A stretch of 63,045 bases of DNA, taken from Methylacidiphilum caldifontis (GTDB lineage: Bacteria > Verrucomicrobiota > Verrucomicrobiia > Methylacidiphilales > CAMAQI01). Each line of letters starts with the position of its first letter. The stretch's first letter is position 1. The stretch is from positions 1-63,045 of the forward strand of contig CAMCSM010000005.1 in assembly GCA_945877805.1 (NCBI GenBank). The letters are read 5' to 3'. Shown piece after piece: positions 9,524 through 19,586 of this stretch. The notes under the pieces are model-generated. The model did not search any database and was not told the DNA's origin. It was given only the letters and a program-made list of their open reading frames with translations. A program made the position numbers and the translations under genes.

Positions 9524-12500
9524 TTAGAAAACCTTCAAGAGTTCTGCAATCACGGCAAGATTTCCTTCATTTTCATCATCAAGTTCGATGGGAGCGTAAT
9601 CCAAATTGATCGGCTTGAGGATAATTTTGGAGTGTTCCCAACCTTCATCCGTAGTTCTTTTTTCGCTCTGATAACGTTTAAGTGTGTATTGACCAAGCCC
9701 ATCCGGATCTTGGATTGAGGCGTGATAAACGAGCAGGTCTTTTCCCTGTCTACTGCCAATACCAGGGGGTCCAAAAAGACACCATGATCCATCGGGAACT
9801 TTTGGTTCCATCGACTTTCCGGTGACTCGAGCGATAAAATACCCGTCTCGAATCGAAGTTCCTTCCGGAGGAATAACCCAATGTTTCGCTTCTTCAAATG
9901 ATTTAAGGTCTGACCCCATTTCAGCACCCCAAGTTCCGGCTGCAATAACGAGGTCTTCAAAAAGCGGAAGACAATTGCGAAACGCTTTCCGGTCCGATTC
10001 TGGAACGAGTGCAAAAGGAATAGGTTGAGAGCGATCAAAAATCTCCGAGTCCATTTTCGAAGGAGCACTTTCATTTGCGAACCAATCATTTCTCTTCACT
10101 ACAATTTCTTTTAAATCAGAGCGTTCGAGATAACGAGCTAACAGTCGAAAGTGCTTTCGCATCGCTTCAGGGTCATGGAGTTCATGAGCGGTGATCGAGA
10201 GGACTTCCCAATCCATTTCCCTTAATTGTGTTCGTATGATTTGATCTTTTGCTGCAGTTTGTGGGTTTCCATGAAGATGACTGCTTAACCCATCTAGATA
10301 GAGCGCCACAGATCGAAGATCTTCGTCTTCAGGTCTGAAAATGGCATCAGGTGTTGTCGTTCCTCTCCCAGTGCCAAGATGAAGTTGTTCCTGCCAAGAG
10401 GCCTCTGGAAAGCCCGCAGAGAGAAGAAGTTGACGAAGTCGGCGTTCGGCGGCGTTTACAGGGGCAAAATTATCTTGAGGAACTTCACCATGACTTTGGA
10501 GTATTGGAATCGTTCGTAGTTCTGTCAGTGAGCCTGCTGAACAGCTCAGGAAAGACTGAGCTCGGTGTCGATCGAGGTGAGGATGGTAAAACGAATTTCG
10601 ATACGTTTGAAGGCAGTCTGAACAGGATGCTTGGCATCCCGAGGGACAATCCTCGGTAATTGAAATTGCTTTTGCCTTTACCTCTGGAAATCGTTCGATC
10701 AGTTGCTCCAAGAGTCCTGATCCTCCGGGCATTGGATCGACGAGGTATGCGGTGACTTTGTCGTTTTCCATGTGTCCCATGACAACGAGTTGGAGATCTT
10801 CTTGTGCCATTTCTAACGTGCTGGCTGCGGCAAAGCGAATCGATTCTAAAACGCTATAGGCCTCTGTTTGATCGGAGAGATTCGGAAATTTAATAACATC
10901 AGCAACGAGGTCCGTATGCAGGGCTACTTCATCCGCAGTCTCACGCTGATCATTGCCACATCGTTCATGATGACCTTTTTTGAAATTTACCTTTTGGGCA
11001 TCAGAAGCGATCGGAGAGACGCTATCCCCACAAACAGAGCAAATGAGGTATCCAAAATTAATTCTTTTTTGAATTTCTGAATTAGATCCGACGTTCGCCA
11101 TCCGTAAATGCTGTCCCTTTAAAAAATGAATTTCTTGAGAGCCCCATAAGAATGCCTTCCCCCCCGAGTGACGGGACCGCTCCAATCCAAGAACAGCAAC
11201 CCCCATTTGAAAGCGATAGTCCTCTTCATCCGAAATTTGTGAGATATGAACTAGGTCGACATCCGTTAAGGGAAGCGAAGGTAAGGTTCTCGAAGTCGGA
11301 GTGCCTGAATGCCCTTGATCGACTTCACGTATTGCACTTTTACCCACTGTTACTTCTAACACGCAAACATCTCTCTCCTCTGCGGGTTGAAGTTGATAGC
11401 GCCGACTAACGAAGCGATGTCCATTGGCATAAATTAAGTTTCCTGGAACATATTCTCGAAGAGCCAAAAGCGGGGGACGGGGAAGTTCTAGTTCGCCAGA
11501 GTTGCCGGATTCCCAAAAAGGAATCTCTGCTGACCCCATAATCGAACCACGCTCTAATCCATATCCTGGAAGAAATCCCTCGAGGGCAAGTACGCTGTAG
11601 GTGACGGTCTCATCTTGACCCTCCCCTTCGCTTCGGCCTCGCTTCATCTCTCCCTTGATTCTTTTGATATAACGTTCGCAGCGCCGACGAATCGCTTCAT
11701 CTCCTGGATCAAGCGTTCCTGTTTGGCGTTGGAGATCATTGAGACGAGTTACCGTTTGATGAGACCAATTCAAACGACGTTGAAGCCGTTTCATCACGAG
11801 AAGGAGTTGGTCGACAAAACTGTCGATCGAAGAGGAAAGTAGTTTTTCTTCGATCACTTCGGAATCTTCTTTCGGCCAGCCTGCTGAAAAAACATCTAAA
11901 ATATGGTCTAGTATTTCTTGCTTGTGATCTTGAATTGATCTCCTCAATGGGGATAAGTCAGACAAAGTCGATCGAAGTTCATTTCCATCAAAAAGCCATG
12001 ATCGTACAGTTTTTGGAAAAGCGGCATCCAAAATTAGAGCAAGGGAGGGGGCATTCTGTGCCTTTTGATATAAACGACTGATAATCGTGGCATGGATATG
12101 TCTTCGCACCATCAGCGGATTAGAAAGATTGAAGACCGGCGCATCGACGCGTCCTGCCAGTAATTTTTCGGGGTGTAAGAAGTAAGAGCGATCATGACTC
12201 ACATCACGACAATAGGTGACATTCACCGCCATGCGATTTCGTCGACCCGCTCGACCGACCCGTTGCCAGTAGTTCGCTGGAAGTGGAGGAACATTTCTCA
12301 TCAGCACCGCATCAAGGGCTCCAATATCAACCCCCATCTCGAGAGTTTGGGTGCAGACAAGGGTATTTACGGCTTTTGATTTTATATCCTTAAACCAGTT
12401 TTCGATCTTTTCTCGGCGAGTATGAGGGACCATCGCCGTATGTTCTTCAGGACGGATGAGCTCATAATTTTGATCGAGCAACCGAAGATTATAATCATCG

Positions 12501-15430
12501 GAGTTCTCGGATTGAAATTCAAGAATCCCACTACATCGATAAACAGGACAAAGACTTTTCGGAGTCTTTCGGGTCATCCGACGACTACATCGTTTACATC
12601 TCCAGACTCCCTGACCGGGAACTAACTCTAATAAATTAGAGTCAACTTGGGAAAGACCAGATTGTTCCGGCAGTGATTTTCCCTTTGCGCCGAGAAGGTT
12701 TACAGGGACAAGCCATTTAAACTCTTGAAAAAAATGAAGAAGATCAAATAGAAATGGACTGAGATCATCCTCTTCAACTCCCCACTTTCGAACGGCTTGT
12801 TTAATATAAGTCGAACCCGTGGTTCCCTGCCATTGAATGACATAAGAATCTTTGTCTGATGCTTCACGCGACATCTTTGTCCCCTTGGGAGGATCCATAT
12901 CGGGAAGATAGCCATTTTGAATCTCTGAATCTCCGTGATTCCAGAACTTGCTGAAAGTTTTATGAACAGGATCGAGGAGAACCTTTTGTCTTCTTAAATA
13001 GTCAAGAATGCTCGCGGCCCCATCACAGACTTCATCCGGTGAGAGTTTTAGTTTTCGAGAGGCTTGAATGATAAAGGGTAAATGGGGAGTAAGACCTTTG
13101 TAATCGACTCTCATTCGACCCCAAGGTTCTAGTCCGAGAATTTGTCGGGGAGCCATCGTGATTTCACGAAGAATGGTCATTCGAAGAAATTTCTCCCGCT
13201 CTTTGGTGTGATTCATTTGAGCGTTCGCTGGAGCGACCCTCCAGACCTCGGGTAAAAGAGCATGAGAAAGACTCTCCTCTTTTTCAAATAATTGAGAGAG
13301 TGTGAGGGTCAAGTCTCCAACGGAGATCGGTCCTTTTTTTAATTCATCCGCAATCAATGACCTTAATCGAAATCGTCTCGCGTGATCTCTCATCCAACCG
13401 GATTGAAAGGCGGCATCTTGGCGGTTGTCGCAAAAGATCAAGAGTCTTTGGGGATCAAGATGATTGATCATGTCCTGAGCAAGCACATGGACGTCGGCAA
13501 CAGCAGTGGTTCGAACAGGACGAGCGGGCTCCCGGTAGCCAGCTCCCACGCGCCGCCCGTTTGCATCGCAGGTGAGGCAACGACTTAATACACCAGGATT
13601 CTCCTCTTTTGTCTGAATGGAATACAATGCAACCAGGGGATCGGGTCTTCCGCAATGTCCACATTGAGTTACTTTTTGATCATGAAAAGTCCCACAATAT
13701 CGACAGAAAAAAACAGGTGCGACTTTTGATTCGGGAATTTCTTCGCCTGAGACAAGTGAATCCACTAAGACACAACGGAGTCCGCTTTTCGCTTTTTCCA
13801 ATGGCTCCCAGTAACGGCTTTTTCCTGAGGCTTGCCCTCCTCCAAGAACTTGAGAGGTATGATGAAAATCCCGATGGTGACTTGAGAAGTAATGTTGCCC
13901 GCAAGTCGTACAAGTGGAAACAGCCAATCGAAATAAACCCTGATTTTCTTCATGAAGCTCCGCTGAAAAATGAAGCTTAAGATCATCGCCTGCTCCCGGA
14001 AAGGTAACGGTCGCTCCTCCGATTCCACGCATGAAGGCATGAACAACCGGGCGGAGTAACGGTCGATTCTCTTGGGAGGCCATTGCTCCGAGAATGAGCC
14101 AAGAAAGAACCTCTTCCTCCGTGGTTTCTCGTTTAAGTGCCAGTCCAAGTTTTTCAGTCGTCTCATGAAGGGGAAGCGGCTTTTCCAACAGTTGAGCGAG
14201 TTGATAAACCTCTTCAGACTGAGAAAGACCCTGATAGAGATCTTCCATGAAAGAGGCTTTTTTTACGAGAGTCCGGCCGCTTAAAGCAGTAAAGGCATGA
14301 CGAATCGTCTCTTCAGTTCCATCGACGGCAAGAACGCACTGTTCAAGAGCCTCCGAGCAATTTTTTGGTGCTGCTGAAATCGTTCGTCCAAGGGGCCAGG
14401 TTTGTGCGACATAGGACTCTGCAACGGTTGTGACTTTATCAATGGCAACTCCAAAGAAACGACTTGCAAATCGTTTGGCTGCATGGGGGTCTTTTGGGTC
14501 AACAATCGTCGCTGAAGTCGCAATACAGGTGGTGTTTTCCGGACTTTTTTCACAAAATCGAAGTAAGCGTCGAATGAGGCAAGCGGTCTCAGCCCCTTTT
14601 GCTCCGGTGAAAGTATGAGCTTCATCAAAGACTAAAAAATCAAGTCGAGCATTCGTAAATAGTTCGACATCCGTCTGGCGAGTGAGAAGGAGCTCCAATT
14701 GGTTTACGTTGGTTAAAAGAATCCGGGGTTGCTTTCCCGCTTCACGCATTTCTTCCCGAGAACAAAGCTCCTCAGCTGGATAAACGGTTTCGCCTGACTC
14801 TCGTTTCTGGGCCTCTTCCACCGCCTTCTCATAATCAGCACGCGAGGATCCCGGAGATAAGCGTTTTCCTGCGACATCCCCTTTTTTTCCAGGAGTCTTT
14901 CCGACATACATTCCAAAAGAAATTCCAGTTCCCGCCAATAAGCCCCTTAATCGTAACAGCTGATCTTCGGCTAAGGAGTTCATCGGATAAACTAAAACAG
15001 CGGAGATTCCCGACGCAGCTCTTGAATCGCGAAGGTCAAGGCAACGACTAATAATCGGATAAAGAAAGCATTCCGTCTTTCCTGATCCCGTTCCCGTCGA
15101 GATCAAGGTTGTTTTGCCGGATTGAATCGCCCGAATGGCCTCCTCCTGATGTTGATAAACGTGCTGAATGGAGGAGGGAATACGATCGCGAAGGAGAGGA
15201 TGAAGTATTTTTTCTTCAATCAACTTTTTGACCTCGCACCCCTGTTGAAAGGGACGACTTAAGGTGAGGTAAGGCCCCTTTAAAAGCGGTGTCGATCTTG
15301 TTTTGGTCAACGAAAGTAATTCCCTCATTTGAATATCCAGTCGGGGATCGGCAAAAGGATAGGCCGTAAGTTGGTAGCGTAAAAAACTGCCGACGACACG
15401 GTCGGTGAAAGCAATTGGATTTAAGGACAT
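9524..15430 (-). CDS. 1968-aa DEAH-box helicase + DUF1998 (DruE/DrmAB/MrfA-like) fused to a Vsr/DUF559-like endonuclease domain and a C-terminal LexA-type S24 peptidase domain
   Basis: Helicase: motif I 'STGTGSGKTE', motif II 'VFDEAHTF', motif VI 'QRVGRAGRR', several CxxC pairs. DUF1998-type: 'LEGFLPGYG', 'DPMPGGSGLLEQL', 'CPSGCQASCSDC'. Nuclease-like: 'TPDAIF..ALYLDGLSSHLHG..KDQIIRTQL..WEVL'. S24: 'LVIAAG', 'VTGKSMEP', 'YTLKRY'. Confidence 0.85.
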   Translation of the reverse strand: MSLNPIAFTDRVVGSFLRYQLTAYPFADPRLDIQMRELLSLTKTRSTPLLKGPYLTLSRPFQQGCEVKKLIEEKILHPLLRDRIPSSIQHVYQHQEEAIRAIQSGKTTLISTGTGSGKTECFLYPIISRCLDLRDSRAASGISAVLVYPMNSLAEDQLLRLRGLLAGTGISFGMYVGKTPGKKGDVAGKRLSPGSSRADYEKAVEEAQKRESGETVYPAEELCSREEMREAGKQPRILLTNVNQLELLLTRQTDVELFTNARLDFLVFDEAHTFTGAKGAETACLIRRLLRFCEKSPENTTCIATSATIVDPKDPHAAKRFASRFFGVAIDKVTTVAESYVAQTWPLGRTISAAPKNCSEALEQCVLAVDGTEETIRHAFTALSGRTLVKKASFMEDLYQGLSQSEEVYQLAQLLEKPLPLHETTEKLGLALKRETTEEEVLSWLILGAMASQENRPLLRPVVHAFMRGIGGATVTFPGAGDDLKLHFSAELHEENQGLFRLAVSTCTTCGQHYFSSHHRDFHHTSQVLGGGQASGKSRYWEPLEKAKSGLRCVLVDSLVSGEEIPESKVAPVFFCRYCGTFHDQKVTQCGHCGRPDPLVALYSIQTKEENPGVLSRCLTCDANGRRVGAGYREPARPVRTTAVADVHVLAQDMINHLDPQRLLIFCDNRQDAAFQSGWMRDHARRFRLRSLIADELKKGPISVGDLTLTLSQLFEKEESLSHALLPEVWRVAPANAQMNHTKEREKFLRMTILREITMAPRQILGLEPWGRMRVDYKGLTPHLPFIIQASRKLKLSPDEVCDGAASILDYLRRQKVLLDPVHKTFSKFWNHGDSEIQNGYLPDMDPPKGTKMSREASDKDSYVIQWQGTTGSTYIKQAVRKWGVEEDDLSPFLFDLLHFFQEFKWLVPVNLLGAKGKSLPEQSGLSQVDSNLLELVPGQGVWRCKRCSRRMTRKTPKSLCPVYRCSGILEFQSENSDDYNLRLLDQNYELIRPEEHTAMVPHTRREKIENWFKDIKSKAVNTLVCTQTLEMGVDIGALDAVLMRNVPPLPANYWQRVGRAGRRNRMAVNVTYCRDVSHDRSYFLHPEKLLAGRVDAPVFNLSNPLMVRRHIHATIISRLYQKAQNAPSLALILDAAFPKTVRSWLFDGNELRSTLSDLSPLRRSIQDHKQEILDHILDVFSAGWPKEDSEVIEEKLLSSSIDSFVDQLLLVMKRLQRRLNWSHQTVTRLNDLQRQTGTLDPGDEAIRRRCERYIKRIKGEMKRGRSEGEGQDETVTYSVLALEGFLPGYGLERGSIMGSAEIPFWESGNSGELELPRPPLLALREYVPGNLIYANGHRFVSRRYQLQPAEERDVCVLEVTVGKSAIREVDQGHSGTPTSRTLPSLPLTDVDLVHISQISDEEDYRFQMGVAVLGLERSRHSGGKAFLWGSQEIHFLKGQHLRMANVGSNSEIQKRINFGYLICSVCGDSVSPIASDAQKVNFKKGHHERCGNDQRETADEVALHTDLVADVIKFPNLSDQTEAYSVLESIRFAAASTLEMAQEDLQLVVMGHMENDKVTAYLVDPMPGGSGLLEQLIERFPEVKAKAISITEDCPSGCQASCSDCLQTYRNSFYHPHLDRHRAQSFLSCSAGSLTELRTIPILQSHGEVPQDNFAPVNAAERRLRQLLLSAGFPEASWQEQLHLGTGRGTTTPDAIFRPEDEDLRSVALYLDGLSSHLHGNPQTAAKDQIIRTQLREMDWEVLSITAHELHDPEAMRKHFRLLARYLERSDLKEIVVKRNDWFANESAPSKMDSEIFDRSQPIPFALVPESDRKAFRNCLPLFEDLVIAAGTWGAEMGSDLKSFEEAKHWVIPPEGTSIRDGYFIARVTGKSMEPKVPDGSWCLFGPPGIGSRQGKDLLVYHASIQDPDGLGQYTLKRYQSEKRTTDEGWEHSKIILKPINLDYAPIELDDENEGNLAVIAELLKVF

Positions 15431-16101
15431 AACGGAATCTCCATTTGTAAGTGAGGTCGAGCGGAATCATTCAGCGCACCCACTAATTGATCCATGTCGG
15501 TGGCAGGTGAAAGGGTACTTGATTTTAAATGTTCTTCTCGAACTCTTCGAGCATGAAGCACGGCTTGAGGAATTTTTGGAATGAGCGAACCCGTTGGAAC
15601 GGCGTTTTTCTCATACTCAGGATAATATCGGCGAAGTTCCCGTTTCGTCGCCTCGTAATCTTGAAATGACTTAGTGGTGTACGTTTCATGAAGAAGGAGC
15701 CAGTACTCAAAACAGGGACGTGAGAGAGCAACGTTAATTTTTTCCCTCTTTGCCAAATCAAGAGCCTGTTTCAGAACCGATTCCTTTTCCTTTGTTTCGA
15801 TTTCAGAGTCCAAGACACACCACACTTCATCAAAAGCCAATACTTCAGAGCTCGCTTTGCGAGCCTCCTTTCTACGTTGGGTTCGTAAATCGATCGCCTC
15901 TTTTACGAGCGTCATCGGATCTGTTCCCTTAGCTTGTAGAATTTCAATGGTAGAGAGCTTTAATCGATCTCTTAATCCCTCGAGATATTGCGGTTCCGTC
16001 TCCTCTCCCTCGGTGACGATGAGAAAGGTCTTTCCACTTGAGGCTGTTTTTGAATTTCTTCCTCGTCTGAAATTTCCGATCTCACGATCGTAGTTGCTCA
16101 T
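15421..16101 (-). CDS. RloB-family (AbiLii-like, TOPRIM-like) protein
   Basis: 'FLIVTEGEETEPQYL', 'FDEVWCVLDSE', 'ALSRPCFEYWLLLH'. ATGA overlap with the upstream ATPase gene and a 10-nt overlap with the helicase start. Confidence 0.85.
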   Translation of the reverse strand: MSNYDREIGNFRRGRNSKTASSGKTFLIVTEGEETEPQYLEGLRDRLKLSTIEILQAKGTDPMTLVKEAIDLRTQRRKEARKASSEVLAFDEVWCVLDSEIETKEKESVLKQALDLAKREKINVALSRPCFEYWLLLHETYTTKSFQDYEATKRELRRYYPEYEKNAVPTGSLIPKIPQAVLHARRVREEHLKSSTLSPATDMDQLVGALNDSARPHLQMEIPLCP

Positions 16102-17393
16102 GAGCGGATCAAGGCTCCATTGCTTTTGAAAAAGGGCACCGCTCCATAACGACCGCCGAGATACCCACGCTCCAATGACTCTTGGGCGCGTGGCTTATAA
16201 TCGGTTAATGGATAGAGGAAGGAATCCCCCTCTGGGCGTTTCTCAGAAAACCAGATCTGATCTCGACGAAGGGTATTGGTATTCAAGAGGGTCGGATTGT
16301 GGGTCGTAAAAAGAATCTGCGCCCCTTTCGGATTTGTCTTCGGGTCAAAAAGAAGTTTTAAGAGAGCTTTGACTAAAAGCGGGTGAAGACTGTTTTCCAG
16401 TTCATCGATGCAAACGGTGTAGCCTCCCTCGAGAATATCGAGCCATGGACCGCACAGCGCATAAAACCGACGGGTTCCCGCGGATTCCTCGCTCGCATCC
16501 ATCGAAACGAGTTTATCCCCCTTACCGGTATGCTTTAATTGAACGGTGGTGGAGGTGGGATCGGCAAGCTTTCCGCTGGCCTCGAGTTGAGAGAAAAGGG
16601 CAGGAGGGAGATCTCGTCGAACCTCTTCGAGAGGAATCTTTTTTTCATAAACGTCGACCCCTGCAATTCCAAAATCGGCCTCTCGAATCATTTCAATGAC
16701 TTTTTGAAACAAGTCTGGGCGTGTTTTATGAAGTCCATTGGTATAGGAAGGTAAGAACTGTCGATCGGCATCTAGGGCGATAAAACGGAGCTGATTGGGA
16801 AACCATCCATAGACATCGAAGAGTTGGGGGTGATTCAGTTGAGCCCCGGTTGAAAGAAAAAGAGCATTATCCCGTGTCATCTCCCGGAGCTTGCTGTCAT
16901 AACGAAAATTTTCGGTCGGAGGACTCCATTGATACTTGTCACCTTTCCAAAGACGCTCAAACCAGACTTGTGGTTTTCCTTTTGGATAAACGATGAGAAC
17001 TTCCTCCGTGACCCGTTCTGAAGTCAGGGAAAACCGATAGAGATGGCGCACCCCTTCTAAAATGAATGTGACTTCAAAAGAGGAGGGTTCGTGGGTCGAT
17101 TGTTCATCGAGTCGAAAAGGCATTACTCCAATCGTCTGTCCAGGAAGGAGTTTTGAAAAAGAGCCCTCGACGAAGCTCTTCATATACTCGATTGCAGCGA
17201 TAAAATTACTTTTTCCCGAGGCATTGGCCCCATAGATCGCCGCCGCTTTCACGATTTTTCCGTTTTTAAATCCTGGAATATCGACCGCGATAAAGTTCTC
17301 AGGCAACGTTTGATCGTAGTTGCTGGCGACCATGTTGAGGATCGCTTCTTCACGAAATGACCGGAAGTTTTTAACTCGAAATTCGATTAACAT
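16098..17393 (-). CDS. ABC/AAA_21-type ATPase (AbiLi / RloA-like)
   Basis: 'FRVKNFRSFREE', Walker A 'GANASGKSN', 'CIDELENSLHP' and 'TTHNP' form an OLD/AbiL-type ABC ATPase signature. Confidence 0.85.
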   Translation of the reverse strand: MLIEFRVKNFRSFREEAILNMVASNYDQTLPENFIAVDIPGFKNGKIVKAAAIYGANASGKSNFIAAIEYMKSFVEGSFSKLLPGQTIGVMPFRLDEQSTHEPSSFEVTFILEGVRHLYRFSLTSERVTEEVLIVYPKGKPQVWFERLWKGDKYQWSPPTENFRYDSKLREMTRDNALFLSTGAQLNHPQLFDVYGWFPNQLRFIALDADRQFLPSYTNGLHKTRPDLFQKVIEMIREADFGIAGVDVYEKKIPLEEVRRDLPPALFSQLEASGKLADPTSTTVQLKHTGKGDKLVSMDASEESAGTRRFYALCGPWLDILEGGYTVCIDELENSLHPLLVKALLKLLFDPKTNPKGAQILFTTHNPTLLNTNTLRRDQIWFSEKRPEGDSFLYPLTDYKPRAQESLERGYLGGRYGAVPFFKSNGALIRS

Positions 17394-17397
17394 GAAT

Positions 17398-18084
17398 TTA
17401 AAGTAGTAATTTTATTGGGTAATGTCGAGTTTTTTGCGTATTTTTCGTTAAAAAGCCTCTTTCGACTAAATCGGCGACCCAGTGGGCGGCGGTATCAAAC
17501 CGGATCCCCTCATGGTATTCTGTCCCTGTGCCTTGGCTCATCCCCTGCATAAATTTTTCGGGCGTAGAAAATTGGGTCCCAGAATAGCTGCTCTTCCAGT
17601 AAAGGTTCACAAACTCCAGATCATTCATCGCCACGATTTCATTTTTAAACTCCCAAGGGTCTTTGGGGTCTAGGGAAAATTCGTAGCGGATCGGGAATTC
17701 CTTCCGAACATCGACCGCCATCGACTGAGGGTTCGCAAAATCTCCCGTCACGATGAGCTCGCCGACAGGCTCTGGGTAAAAGTAAATCCAGCCCTCGATC
17801 TCCTCTTCGGAGCGGGTGATCAGAGGGGCCTTTTTTCGGCAGTAGGAGAAAGGGTGACCCTCAATGATATCGATCTGCCTTAAAGTTTCATCGCTGACTT
17901 CGTAGAGCTCGCCGATCACAGGGCGAAAGGGGATTTCTTGGACGCAGAAAGGGATCCCGCGAGCGAACAGTGCGTAGGGGTACTTCGTCCTGGCTTCTCC
18001 CAAGAACTTTGAATTCATGAGCTGGCTATGCAGGGCAAAGCCCCGGCGCAGGGTTCCGTAGCAAAAAAGGGGGGTTGTTTTCAT
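17398..18084 (-). CDS. Gamma-glutamylcyclotransferase (GGCT/AIG2-like) domain protein with an unknown ~110-aa C-terminal domain
   Basis: 'LFCYGTLRRG', 'VIGELYEV', 'IDIIEGHPFSY' (catalytic-Glu context) and 'IEGWIYFY'. I do not recognise the C-terminal half. Confidence 0.75.
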   Translation of the reverse strand: MKTTPLFCYGTLRRGFALHSQLMNSKFLGEARTKYPYALFARGIPFCVQEIPFRPVIGELYEVSDETLRQIDIIEGHPFSYCRKKAPLITRSEEEIEGWIYFYPEPVGELIVTGDFANPQSMAVDVRKEFPIRYEFSLDPKDPWEFKNEIVAMNDLEFVNLYWKSSYSGTQFSTPEKFMQGMSQGTGTEYHEGIRFDTAAHWVADLVERGFLTKNTQKTRHYPIKLLL

Positions 18085-18107
18085 CTGTTTTATGATAGCG
18101 GATTTAA

Positions 18108-19481
18108 TTAAAAATATCTTTCATTCTCAATTTCTGGAAGCGTCAGCTCCTGCTGAACCGAGGAAAGATGTGACCATGCTCCTGATTTTAGTTTAGCGAT
18201 CAATGCTTCAGATGCATATTTTTCAAGCCACCTCGAGTTTAGCCCAGAATCGACCGCTTCTGCGGCAAGCTTATAGACCAGTGTCATATTCACCTCCATT
18301 TCAAGATCCTTATGAATTTTTATGATCCCTTGTTCAAATTCGCATTGAGTTGGTGGGTCGAGGTGGATCCAAGATGAATTAAAACGGTTTAAAAGCTCCT
18401 CAGGGATTGAGTTTTGTTTTTTAATGGGAGTCGTTTCTTGAGTTGAGCCAAATCCGACCGTAATCTTTTTTTGGTGAAGCGTCTGCCAGGTTCCGGCCCC
18501 GATGATCATAAAATTATTTTGAAACCGTTTTTGATTTTCACGAGACCATCCTGGGAATACTTGGGTGCGGCAATCTAAAAGAGCATAAACTTCTTGCTGA
18601 ATATTTTTACACCAGTCGGTCTCTGCGGAAAATTTATCAAGCTCATCGATCATTAAAACCCCTTTTCCTTCGAGGTCGATAAACTCATTGATGACTTCAA
18701 GAGTTGATTTTCCTCCCTTTCCGCCGGTGACGATCCAAGAGCCGCTTTCTAAAGATATAAAGGGAAGCGACCTCTTGTTGGCAAATGCCTTACAAAGAGT
18801 TGTTTTACCAACCCCGGAAGGGCCAATAATCAGTGGAATAGGGCGAGTCCAAATCCCCCCCGGGCGGATATTGAGTTTTTTAATTTGATAAAAATCCTCA
18901 AGAGTCTGCATCGCTGCTGTCTGCGAGTTTGTTAAGACAAGATTGCGGGTATTTTCATTATTTTCCTCTGGTGAGGGCGCAACAAGGCTAATAAAGGGGT
19001 TTTCATTTTGGGTTAATTTAACCCAAGTGGTGAGGTCTTCAGGATGCGGTACAGTTTTTGTGATGATGTAGCAGATTTTTGCGTAAGGGAGCATCTCAGC
19101 AATCTTGGACTTGTCCGAAAAACTTAAATATCGCTTATTTTCATCCGTGGATTGCTTAATCATTGTAAATAGAAGCTCAATCAGCAGATCAATCTTATGC
19201 ATCGCTTCAGGGAGATAAGTTTTATGAGTTTGATAGCAAAATAGCTTTAAAGCCAAAAATTCGACATAGCGAGATTCTGCGATTTCCTGAAGCTTTTTCA
19301 GGAACTTCGCGATACGAGGAGGCGCATCAATAGACTCTGGAGGAAAATTCCAGTGAATATCGCAATTTTTGCATTCGTCCCAAGCGTCCGAAACTTCTTT
19401 TACATAATTCATTGCTTGAAGTTGAAACGCCTTTTGGATTTCATAATTTGATTTTGATCCAACTTCGATATTTAGCTTCAT
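18108..19481 (-). CDS. AAA+ ATPase with an unknown ~210-aa N-terminal domain
   Basis: Walker A 'GPSGVGKTT' and Walker B 'VLMIDELDKF', followed by a classic AAA+ spacing. Confidence 0.75.
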   Translation of the reverse strand: MKLNIEVGSKSNYEIQKAFQLQAMNYVKEVSDAWDECKNCDIHWNFPPESIDAPPRIAKFLKKLQEIAESRYVEFLALKLFCYQTHKTYLPEAMHKIDLLIELLFTMIKQSTDENKRYLSFSDKSKIAEMLPYAKICYIITKTVPHPEDLTTWVKLTQNENPFISLVAPSPEENNENTRNLVLTNSQTAAMQTLEDFYQIKKLNIRPGGIWTRPIPLIIGPSGVGKTTLCKAFANKRSLPFISLESGSWIVTGGKGGKSTLEVINEFIDLEGKGVLMIDELDKFSAETDWCKNIQQEVYALLDCRTQVFPGWSRENQKRFQNNFMIIGAGTWQTLHQKKITVGFGSTQETTPIKKQNSIPEELLNRFNSSWIHLDPPTQCEFEQGIIKIHKDLEMEVNMTLVYKLAAEAVDSGLNSRWLEKYASEALIAKLKSGAWSHLSSVQQELTLPEIENERYF

Positions 19482-19586
19482 AGGGTTCTCCGGTTTAATA
19501 GTTAATATACGAGGGTCGCTAAGTATAGATTATGCAAGTTTTAAAAGAGAGATCTGTGGCCTGCGAGATCGTTGATAATCAATGAC

